Assembly: GCA_965649295.1 (NCBI GenBank)
Contig: CBFGKH010000001.1
Coordinates: 65,657 to 129,656 of the forward strand
Direction of reading: 5' to 3'
DNA length: 64,000 bases
Source of the DNA: a candidate division WOR-3 bacterium
Lineage (GTDB): Bacteria; Hydrothermota; Tepidihabitantia; Tepidihabitantales; Tepidihabitantaceae
Shown: piece by piece, positions 9,942 to 18,800 of the stretch
How positions within the stretch are numbered: the first letter of the stretch is position 1
Layout: every line of letters begins with the position of its first letter
The notes under the pieces: model-generated
What the model was told of the DNA's origin: nothing
Databases searched by the model: none
What the model saw: the letters and a program-made list of their open reading frames with translations, nothing else
Translations under genes and position numbers: made by a program

Positions 9942-10333
9942 AAGGCCCGACCAACGTTGATATCCTGCCGATGGCTGCTGTCGGCCTCATTTTGGTTCTC
10001 ATCATGATGGTCGTATCGCCGCTGGTGATTACCCGCAACAGCACCCCGGTTGAGCTGCCCCAGACCCATACATCGGAACGGAAGGTCGAAAACGACATCA
10101 ACATCACCTACACGATCGATGGCCGGCTGGTGATGGACGACCAGCCGGTCAGCGATTACAACGAACTGCAGAACCTGCTACAGGCAGCGGTAAGTCGAGA
10201 TCCCTATGTTCTTGTCGTCGTCCGCGCTGACAAGGAATGCCTCCATTCTCACGTCCTTGACCTTTTGGCCTGTGCCCGTCGGGCCGGCGCGCTGCGCATC
10301 GCCTGCGCCACCAAGCGGCTCAAGGAGGGATGA
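9938..10333 (+). CDS. exbD: ExbD/TolR biopolymer transport protein (second copy)
   Basis: 131 aa with the ExbD-type anchor DILPMAAVGLILVLIMMVVSPLV. It overlaps the previous gene by 4 nt. Confidence 0.8.
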   Translation: MKGPTNVDILPMAAVGLILVLIMMVVSPLVITRNSTPVELPQTHTSERKVENDINITYTIDGRLVMDDQPVSDYNELQNLLQAAVSRDPYVLVVVRADKECLHSHVLDLLACARRAGALRIACATKRLKEG

Positions 10334-11241
10334 TGACATTCGAATCCAAGCGCTACCGCGGCACCGAAATAGCCATCGCCATCTCGGTTCTCCTCCACGC
10401 CATCGGCTTGATACTCGCCTCGCGGCCAGCTCCTGAAGCCAGCACCGCTGCCGACCTGCAGGAAGTCTCGTTCATGGACGTGACCTACCGCCCCGAAGTT
10501 GCCAAGATTCTTGCCAAAACTGAAATCCCGGGTGGCGGCGGCACTGACGCGGCCACCGCCACGGCACCAACCTACTCTGCTGGCATCGCCGCCGACGAAG
10601 TTCCAGCCATTGACCTCTCGGCCAAGCTCGAACGCGACAACTCTCAAGCCAAGATTGACCTCGACCGCTATGAACTCGACCGCGGCGACAACATCAACGT
10701 CATCCGGCTCGGCGGCTCCGGCTCGACCAAATCCACCGAGGAGATTCTTGCCCAGCCCAAAGTCGAACTGTCACGCAGCCTTGGCCGTGGTAGCGGCACC
10801 GGCCTGCGCGGCGTCCCCGGCATACCCCAGCCTACTGCCCAGCTCACCATCGAAAGCCGGCCCCTTGCCAAACCGGCTGCCCGGCCCTTGCCCACGGTTC
10901 CGACTGCTGACCTGCCCAAAGTCACCGCCCCGGTCAGCCGCGGTACCAACTTCATGGTTGCCGGCCCGATATCCCAGCGCGAGATTACCAGAAAAGTTGT
11001 CCCGCGCTACCCCAAGTGGGCACTCGAACGCCGCATCTCTGGCACTGTTGTCGTCCGGCTCTGGGTTCAACCCAACGGCCAAGTCAAAGGTACACCCACC
11101 GTTGAGTGCAGCTCCGGCTATCCGGACCTCGACCAGGTCGTGATTGATGCTCTGCGCGCCTGGGAATTCGCTCCGCTCGGCCCCAATGTCAAAGCTGAAG
11201 ACCAGTGGGGCGTAATCACCTTCAAGTTCACTCTCTCCTAA
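10330..11241 (+). CDS. tonB: TonB/TolA-like energy transducer (TonB C-terminal domain)
   Basis: N-terminal TM anchor, Pro/Ala-rich spacer, and C-terminus TVVVRLWVQPNGQVKGTPTVECSSGYPDLDQVVIDALRAWEFAP matching the TonB_C fold consensus. Overlaps the previous gene by 4 nt. Confidence 0.75.
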   Translation: MMTFESKRYRGTEIAIAISVLLHAIGLILASRPAPEASTAADLQEVSFMDVTYRPEVAKILAKTEIPGGGGTDAATATAPTYSAGIAADEVPAIDLSAKLERDNSQAKIDLDRYELDRGDNINVIRLGGSGSTKSTEEILAQPKVELSRSLGRGSGTGLRGVPGIPQPTAQLTIESRPLAKPAARPLPTVPTADLPKVTAPVSRGTNFMVAGPISQREITRKVVPRYPKWALERRISGTVVVRLWVQPNGQVKGTPTVECSSGYPDLDQVVIDALRAWEFAPLGPNVKAEDQWGVITFKFTLS

Positions 11242-11242
11242 C

Positions 11243-12106
11243 ATGCTGATTGCTGGCCTGCTCCTGCTCTTGGCCCAGCCCGCCGCCTCGAACTCCGACC
11301 AGCACGCCATCGGCGAAGAGGTCATCACCGGCCAGGCCGAAATCAAGATTACCGATACCAAACCCTACTTCTCGCCCCAGCTTGACCCGTTTGCACCAAT
11401 TACCGGCCTATTGGCCCCAGAAACCTACGTGCTCGACGACGCCCTGCTCCGGTCAATTGACTCAATGACCATTCCCCAGCAGTTCATCCGTTCCTCCTAC
11501 CTGCGGGTGCCAGTCGAACGCGGCTTCATCTACAGCGACGTGATGCTCTTTCTGCCGTCCTTCGAGACCCGAGTCGCCAACTGGGAACTGGTCATCGCCA
11601 ACTCACTCGGCGAGACGGTTCGCCGCATCAGCGGCAAGGGCCAGCCGCCCGCGGCTCTCTCCTGGAATGGCCGTTCCGACAAGGGGGAGATGATTGCCCC
11701 CGGTGAAGTCTATAGCTTCACCTTCAATGCCTACGACGCCCGCGGCAACCAGACTCGGATTCCCGGCACGCCGCAGCGCATCAATGCAGTCGCCTACCAG
11801 GCTGACGGTGAGTGGGTCGTCGCCATCGCTGCTGACCAGCTCTTTGCCGAGGGCAGCAACCAGTTGCTCGAACCAGCAGCCGCCCGCCTTGACGAGGCCG
11901 CCAATATCATCAAAGAGCACTTCCGCAAGGAAGTCGTGGTCTATGTCTATTCTGAGCAGGAGAATCTCTCTGCCGACCGCTGCCAAGTGATGCAACGGGA
12001 GCTCAGCCGCCGCGTGGTCCTGCCCCGCGAGGGAATCAAGGTTGCCCCGCGCTTCATCCCCGGGCTGCAGCCCAAGTTCTCCAAAGTCGAAATCCACATC
12101 CTCTAG
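11243..12106 (+). CDS. Pal/OmpA-like peptidoglycan-associated protein with internal FlgD-Ig-like domain
   Basis: Signal peptide MLIAGLLLLLAQPAAS. The internal segment WELVIANSLGETVRRISGKGQPPAALSWNGRSDKGEMIAPGEVYSFTFNAYDARG is FlgD-Ig-like. The C-terminal segment LFAEGSNQLLEPAAARLDEAANIIKEH...NLSADRCQVMQRELSRR resembles the OmpA_C peptidoglycan-binding motif (F..gS..L.......L..va..l...LS..RA..V...L). Confidence 0.55.
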   Translation: MLIAGLLLLLAQPAASNSDQHAIGEEVITGQAEIKITDTKPYFSPQLDPFAPITGLLAPETYVLDDALLRSIDSMTIPQQFIRSSYLRVPVERGFIYSDVMLFLPSFETRVANWELVIANSLGETVRRISGKGQPPAALSWNGRSDKGEMIAPGEVYSFTFNAYDARGNQTRIPGTPQRINAVAYQADGEWVVAIAADQLFAEGSNQLLEPAAARLDEAANIIKEHFRKEVVVYVYSEQENLSADRCQVMQRELSRRVVLPREGIKVAPRFIPGLQPKFSKVEIHIL

Positions 12107-12222
12107 TCCGGCCCTCCCCAACCGGGCGACAACTGCCAGTCTGCCGCAGCCACCAGTCCCTCGCTGCCTCTTAGCACCGGCAGTTTGACTCACAAACAAA
12201 CCTGGCTAGATTACCATTAGCG

Positions 12223-14079
12223 TTGACCCATTCTTCCTCTCGTACTGATATTTTCGTTGCTGCCGGCTGCGGCCTGGTTGCGCTGGTCAACTACTTAGCA
12301 ACCCTTGGCCCAACTGTCGGGCCTGGCGACGCCGGCGAACTGACCCTTGCCGCGCTCCGGCTTGGCATCGCCCACCCGCCTGGCTACCCGCTCTTCACCT
12401 GGCTTGGCCGGCTTGCCTGCCTACTCCCTTTCCGCGAACCAGCAGTCGCTACCAACAGCCTGACAGCCCTGATTGGCGCTGCCACTGTCACAGTTCTCTT
12501 CCTTGCCGCCCGCCGACTTGGTCTCTCCCTCATCGGCGCTCTGGTCGCGGCCCTAGCGCTCGGATTCGGCCCAGCCTTCTGGCTCGTGGCAACCAGCCAC
12601 GAAGTCTATACCCTCACCATTCTCTTTCTCTGTCTCCTTCTTCTTTCCGTCTCTTTACCCAGTCCTGAACACTCCAACCCCTCGCCGCGGCCGCCCCTGC
12701 TTGCGGCCCTGCTGCTCGGCCTCGCCCTCTCTCACCAGCCGACAACCCTACTCTGGCTGCCCGCCCTAATCGTTATCGCTTGGCCCTATCGCCGGCTCGT
12801 CACGCCCCGCCTCACCCTACTCTTAGCCGGCCTCATGCTCCTCGGCTTCTCAGCCAGTCTCGGCACCCTCTTTCGCGCCCTGGCCCGACCCGAAATCAAC
12901 TGGGGCAACCCTAACACCCTTGGCCGGTTCCTTGCCCATGCCTTTGCTGCCCAATACCGCTGGCTTTCCTTCCGCACTCCTGGCCCTGAGTTCATGGAAC
13001 GGCTTCGCTCGCTCCCAGCCGACATCGCCACTGGCCTCGGCATCGTCCCTAGCCTTGTCGCCCTGCTCGGCTTCGTTGTGCTGGCTTTCCGACCTAGTCG
13101 TCTGCTCCTCGGTCTTGGTCTCCTCTTCAGCACTGCCCTGTTTGCCCTTGGCTACTGGATTCCCGACTACCGCTTCCATCTACTGCCTGCCCTGGTTGCT
13201 GTTAGCCTCTTTGCCGGCAAAGGTGCCACCTGGCTCGAAACCCGCATCGCTGCCATTCCCCGGCTAGGCCGTCGCCCCAACCCAAGCCTAGCAAACATCT
13301 TCACAGCTCTCGCCATCCTCATCCTGCTCGCCATTCCCGGCCACACCCTTCTCGCCTACCGCCGCATCACGAACGAAAACAAAACAACGATTGTCCGCGA
13401 CCTTGGCGAGAACCTGCTCTACTCCTTGCCTGACAGTGCTATTCTGCTCTACGGCGGCGACCTTGCCGGCAATGCAATTCGCTACCTACAGCAAGTGCGC
13501 GGCATCCGTCCTGATGTCCAGACCATCGCTGTTGCTCGCCTCCTTGCCCAGGAGTACTACGACAGCCTAAGGTTTCTCGCCCCGCTCCCTGACTGGCGCG
13601 CCACCCTTGCCTCCTCCGCGGCCACCGACCAGAACAGCCTGCTCCGGACTGTCTTCACTGCTCTTACCCAGGCCCTGCTCCTGCACCGTCCCTGCTACCT
13701 CACCGTCGAGATTGTCACCGACATGTTCTTTCCCAGTCCTCTCTATCAGTCCCATCTGGTCGTACCCGAAGGCATCGTCTATCGCCTCATTCCCCGTCAG
13801 GTGACAGTCAATCTGCCCGCTGTCATTGACCACAGCCGCCACCTCTGGGCCGGCTACCGCCTCACCTCACTCCATTACCCGTTCACCTCTCCCGACTACC
13901 AGCACATCCAGTTCACTTATGCTGCTGCCCGCAACAACTTCGCCATGTTCCTCCACGAACATGGCCAGACCGCTGCCGCCATCGAACAACTCCACCTTGC
14001 CCTAAGTCTGCCTGCTCCGCCTGAACTTACCCGCCTGGTCCAGGACAACCTTCGCCGCCTCCAGCCCGACCGCAATTGA
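12223..14079 (+). CDS. DUF2723-family polytopic membrane protein (GT-C / protein O-mannosyltransferase-like) with C-terminal TPR
   Basis: TTG start. Multi-TM N-terminal half with PPGYPLF and a conserved acidic loop, as in DUF2723/PMT-like glycosyltransferases. The C-terminal soluble part has TPR-like helices. Confidence 0.55.
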   Translation: MTHSSSRTDIFVAAGCGLVALVNYLATLGPTVGPGDAGELTLAALRLGIAHPPGYPLFTWLGRLACLLPFREPAVATNSLTALIGAATVTVLFLAARRLGLSLIGALVAALALGFGPAFWLVATSHEVYTLTILFLCLLLLSVSLPSPEHSNPSPRPPLLAALLLGLALSHQPTTLLWLPALIVIAWPYRRLVTPRLTLLLAGLMLLGFSASLGTLFRALARPEINWGNPNTLGRFLAHAFAAQYRWLSFRTPGPEFMERLRSLPADIATGLGIVPSLVALLGFVVLAFRPSRLLLGLGLLFSTALFALGYWIPDYRFHLLPALVAVSLFAGKGATWLETRIAAIPRLGRRPNPSLANIFTALAILILLAIPGHTLLAYRRITNENKTTIVRDLGENLLYSLPDSAILLYGGDLAGNAIRYLQQVRGIRPDVQTIAVARLLAQEYYDSLRFLAPLPDWRATLASSAATDQNSLLRTVFTALTQALLLHRPCYLTVEIVTDMFFPSPLYQSHLVVPEGIVYRLIPRQVTVNLPAVIDHSRHLWAGYRLTSLHYPFTSPDYQHIQFTYAAARNNFAMFLHEHGQTAAAIEQLHLALSLPAPPELTRLVQDNLRRLQPDRN

Positions 14080-14098
14080 CGGCAGCCTGCCGAACTGT

Positions 14099-15157
14099 AT
14101 GATAGATTCAGTGAGTGAACTTTCTTTGTTGGCCGACCTGCCCCAGACCGTCTCTGTCGAAGCCAAACCCCGCCTCTACTCGGCAGTAGTTGCCGGCACC
14201 GGCTTTGACGTGCCCGAAAAAATAATGACCAACGCCGACCTCGAAAAGCTCGTTGACACTTCCGACGAGTGGATAGTCGAGCGCACCGGCATGAAAGAAC
14301 GTCGTATTGCCCGGCCTGACCAGGCCGCATCCGACTTTGCCCTGGCAGCCTGCCAGCGTGCGCTTGCCGATGCCAACACCCGGCCTGACGAGATTGACCT
14401 GATTATCGTTGCCACTGTCACCGGCGACATGGCCTTTCCCTCCACTGCCTGCATCCTGCAGGACAAGCTCGGCTGCACCCACGCTGCAGCAATGGACCTA
14501 AGTGCCGGCTGCACTGGCTTCATCTACGCCCTTGCCACTGCCCGCCAATTCATCGCCACCGGCACCTACAAAACCATCCTCGTCGTCGGCGTCGAAGTCC
14601 TCTCTAAGATTACCGACTGGACCGACCGCGGCACTTGTGTCCTCCTCGCTGACGGCGCCGGCGCCGCAGTCCTGCGCGCCACTGACGAACCCGGCCGTGG
14701 CATCATCGCTACCTACCTTGGTGCCGACGGTTCGCGTGGCAACGACCTCTATATGCCGGCTGGCGGCTCCCGCATTCCCGCTTCCCACGAATCAGTCGCT
14801 GCCCGCCAGCACTACCTCAAAATGAACGGCAATGCCATCTTCAAAGTCGCAGTCCGAGCCATGGCCGACTCGGTTCGCCGCGTTCTCGAACAAGCTCGAC
14901 TCAAAGCCAGCGACGTCAAGCTCCTCATTCCCCACCAGGCCAACCTGCGGATAATCGAAGCCGTGGCCAAACTACTCCGTTTCCCGATGGACAACGTCTT
15001 CGTCAACATCCAGAAATACGCCAACACCAGCTCGGCCACCACCATCATCGCCCTTGACGAAGCCCGCAAGGCCGGCCGGATTCTGCCCGGCGACCTTGTC
15101 GTTCTCGTTGCCTTCGGCGCCGGTCTCACTTGGGGCGGCGTCGCCATTCGCTGGTAA
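14099..15157 (+). CDS. fabH: 3-oxoacyl-ACP synthase III (FabH)
   Basis: Active-site region AGCTGFIYALATARQFIATG (Cys) and the HQAN / GAGLTWG motifs. The true start is probably the GTG/TTG at 14111-14129, because the longest ORF adds about 20 extra residues. Confidence 0.85.
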   Translation: MIDSVSELSLLADLPQTVSVEAKPRLYSAVVAGTGFDVPEKIMTNADLEKLVDTSDEWIVERTGMKERRIARPDQAASDFALAACQRALADANTRPDEIDLIIVATVTGDMAFPSTACILQDKLGCTHAAAMDLSAGCTGFIYALATARQFIATGTYKTILVVGVEVLSKITDWTDRGTCVLLADGAGAAVLRATDEPGRGIIATYLGADGSRGNDLYMPAGGSRIPASHESVAARQHYLKMNGNAIFKVAVRAMADSVRRVLEQARLKASDVKLLIPHQANLRIIEAVAKLLRFPMDNVFVNIQKYANTSSATTIIALDEARKAGRILPGDLVVLVAFGAGLTWGGVAIRW

Positions 15158-15495
15158 ACCCACCCCAAAGCCCAGTCGCCAACCCTTTCCTGAGCAGCGA
15201 CCAGAACAGCGTCTAAGACCTGCCCAGCTAGCCACCACCAAAGAGCCCACAAGGCTCAGCCACGGGCTTAGCCGAAAATGGTTATCCAGACACAGTCCCC
15301 AACCTGATGCGAATCACATCAGCAGACATTCCCCAAAACTCCTCCCCCAAGCCATCAGCAAGCAGCTAGGCCAGCACCAACCCAATGAGCCTTGGCAACA
15401 CCCGCGCAGACCATCCCGGGGACGAGGGAGGGGGTCTGGTACTCAGCAAGCTATCAGATTGTAACAAGGCAACTTAGGCACACTTCCCTAGGTTC

Positions 15496-15525
15496 GGCTC
15501 TGCACCCTAGGAAGGGTGCAGAGCC
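15496..15525. repeat. Perfect 13-bp inverted repeat (GGCTCTGCACCCT-AGGA-AGGGTGCAGAGCC) inside a long non-coding island
   Basis: Read directly from the sequence. There is no adjacent U-tract on either strand, so this is not a classical terminator. Confidence 0.4.
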
Positions 15526-15787
15526 TGACTCCCCATCGCCCAACTAGTTGCGGCGATTCCTCGCTACACTCGGGATGACAGAAAGCCCGTCATTCCGAGG
15601 CCGCGATGCGGCCGAGGAATCGCCGACCCGTCATCTCTGCCCAGCGACTCCTCGTCGCCAGACTCCTCGGAATGACACCGCTGCTGGCGAAGGACAGCAG
15701 AAGACCCTTCGACTCCGGCCCTATGGCCTTCGCTCAGGGTGACAAGAAGGCACGATTCCGCTCGAACTGACCCTAGCCAAGACGAAC

Positions 15788-15825
15788 CGGCGGCAGGCAC
15801 AAACCTGCCGCCGGATTTTCTTCCG
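15788..15825 (+). terminator. Rho-independent terminator-like hairpin (CCGGCGGCAGG-cacaaa-CCTGCCGCCGG followed by ATTTTCTTCC)
   Basis: An 11-bp perfect GC-rich stem plus a T-run, oriented on the + strand, 630 bp downstream of the fabH stop. It could also serve the minus-strand gene ending at 15834. Confidence 0.4.
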
Positions 15826-15833
15826 CTTGTCGC

Positions 15834-18800
15834 TTAGTGCTTGAGTATCAGCTTGCGCGTGGCCGTAAAGGTTCCCGACACCATTCTGACATAGTAGATG
15901 CCCTCAGGCAGCATCCGCTCGCGCCAGTCACGGCCATTCCAATCAACCTGGTGGCGACCAGCAGGCAACGGCCCCGAGACCAACGTCCGAACCGCGTTAC
16001 CAGCCGCGTCGAAGACTGTTATTTCAAGCATCGCCGGCGTCGGCAGCGCAAAGCTGATGGTCACCCTCTGGCTGAACGGCGTTGGCCGAGCACTTTCGAG
16101 TGCAAGGCGACCAGGCAATCCTGCCGGCCGGTCAGCCAAACCCTGCGGCGGCAGAACTGTGACCTCGTTGTAGGCAGTGTCGTTGGCCGGGTCGACATCA
16201 CCGACAAGCGCGCTGTAGCAGGTAACCGGCAGCGTACCAACCGGCCCGGCTGTCCAGCGCGGGAATCGAATCGTGTCCTCGGCCCGAGGCTCAAGCCGGT
16301 GGGTCGTGTCGGCGCGGTAGGAAGTGCCAATCAGGAATGTTACCGGCACCCCTTCGCTGAAGCTCGTGTAGTTGCGCAGCACGGCAACCGGCGTCACCTG
16401 TTGGCCCGAGTCAATTCGACCGGTTGGCGCGATGATGGCCGTGATGCCAACGTCGTGGATCACGCGCTGGACTGTCACCTGCGCCCGGGCAGTGTCGTTG
16501 GCTGGGTTGGCGTCGCCCAGTAGCCGGGTGAAGCAAGTTATCGGATGGGTGCCAACCGGACTGGCAACCCACTGCCGGAAGGTGACAATGGCTGAGTCGT
16601 TGCCAGCGACCGCTACTGCTGTGTCAGCAATGTAGTAGGGCCCGATGATGAATCGCACCGGCACAACCTCAGGTTGCTGGGTGTAGTTGCGGACAACTGC
16701 CCGCGGCTGGATTACGGCACCGGAGTCAATAGTACCCACCGGCTGCAGAACACGGCTAACACCAACATCATGCGGCGCCGGCCGAACCATGCACTCAGCA
16801 TAGGCAGTGTCGTTGCGCGGGTCGGCGTCGCCGTCAATGCTGACCCAGGCCGTGACGTACATCAACCCCACGCTATCGGCGGTCCAATCGGGCAAGGCAA
16901 CAACCGAATCCCGCCCCGGGGCCAGCCTGACTTCTACTGCCTCATCGTAGAGTAGCACGTCCCGCGACTGCGTCTTCTCTTCCAGACCTTTTCCGGTCTT
17001 CTCTGCCCAGGCCTCGATTATCATACGCAGCACAAACGGCTCGCTGGTGTTGCCGTAGTTCGTTACCTGAACCAGTGGCGTGACGGTTGCTCCGGAATCA
17101 ATGTCGCCAACCGGTGCCTCAATCTGCCTTGCGGCAACATCGAGATAGCGAATGATAACGGTCTGCAGCAGAGTATCGTTAGCTGGGTTGGCATCGCCTT
17201 CGAGCCTTATCCAGGCAGTGGCCAGCAGCACTTGCGGGTCACGGGCAAACCAGTTAGTGAAAGTTGCGACCGCCGAGTCGCCGGGTTGAATCACACCCGG
17301 GTCAGCCACGTCGCTGTAGCCATCGCTGATGGTCAGAAAGACTCGCGGCTGCGAGGCAACCGAGCCGTAGTTGCGCAATACAATCTGCGGCTGAATCCGG
17401 TCGCCGGGGTTGACGATGCTCTCTGGCGCAATGAACCTGGTGACGCCGACATCAATTCCGGTCTGCCGGGCATAGACGGTGGCAGTGGCCCGGTCATTGG
17501 CCGGCACCAGGTCACCGCTCAGCATTGTCGAGCATGAAACCGCATACTGACCGATGCCAGGCGGTGTCCAGGGCGTGGCCGAGATGAGGAGGCTCTCGCC
17601 CGGCGCCAGCGTAATGTTGTTGACCGTGACGTTGTAGCCAGCGCCAATTCGGAAGCGGGCAGCAAAGACCTGGGTTGGTGAGCCGAAGTTACGCACCCAG
17701 GCCTGCGGAATGATGACCGTGTCCACCGGCACCGTGTCGCGCGGCGCAACAATTCGCAGGCAGCCGACATCACGATAGCTGACAATCACCGAAGTCTCTT
17801 TGATGTTGTTGACTGGGTCAGGGTCGCCGGTCGTGACCACACTACAACGCGCCACCAGCGTGCCGAACTCAGCAGCAGTCCAGCGCGGGAAGGCAACATG
17901 GGCTGTCTCGCCAGCGCGGAGCAGCCCGAGGCTCGTGCTTTCACGGTAGAGCGTGCCAATGGTAAAGAAGACCCGATAGAAGGCTGAGTCGGTCCCGATA
18001 TTGGCAACCCGGCAGCGCGGCGTCGCAGTGTCGCCAAGATTGAACGACCCGCGCGGCGCGTAGATGGTGTCGGCCCGAAGATTGCGGTCCACATAGCTGA
18101 GCCGTCCCAGCACCAGGCTGGTCCAGCCACCACTGCGGTCAGCCTGGCCGGCAAAGTAGACAGTATTGGTATCAAGCGCAGCGACCGCTGCTCCCAGCCC
18201 ACCCAGGCGATCGGGCGAATCGTAACGCACTGCCCAGAGCGTGTCCTTGTTGCTGCCGACCGGGTCGGTCTCGGTGTAACAGAGCGTCACGAGCACATCA
18301 CCGACCGTACCGGCAACATAAACCCGCCCGCCCTGATAGGCGACCTTGTAGCCATAGGCGTCATCTTCGCCATACACCGCACCAGCCGGACCCCAGCGAC
18401 TGACGAGTGTACTGGAGAAACGATTCGTGCAGATGATGTCGTTATCGTAGCTGAGCATCCCTGTCACATAAACATTGGGCGGATTGGCATTGTCCAGAGC
18501 GATGCTCGAAGCGTAGTCGTCGCCGTCATAGCCGCCAATGTTCAGGCTGCGCCAGTTGAGCAATGTGCCGGCGGAATTGAACCGGGCGACTGCATAGTTG
18601 TAGCCCTCGCTGATAATGCCGTCATCGTTGTAGTCAAACCCGCAGATGTAGATGTCGCCAGATGGAGCCAAGGCCAGGTCAAATGGCACATCAGCGTCGT
18701 GGATAATAGTGTTGGGATTGCGGTAGGTGCGACGCCAGAGCGTGTCACCGCTGGGCCGCAGTTTCATCGTCCACCATTCGAGGTCGAAGAATCGGTGCAG

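Noticed and set aside
15158-15833. Considered RNase P RNA, tmRNA, SRP RNA or 6S RNA in the structured intergenic island
   Set aside because: The universal motifs (GGAAAGUCCGG and AGGGUGAAA for RNase P, the GGGGCUGAUUCUGGAUUCGACGGG start of tmRNA, and the SRP domain IV GGAAGCAGCC motif) are absent, so it is left as an unclassified structured element.
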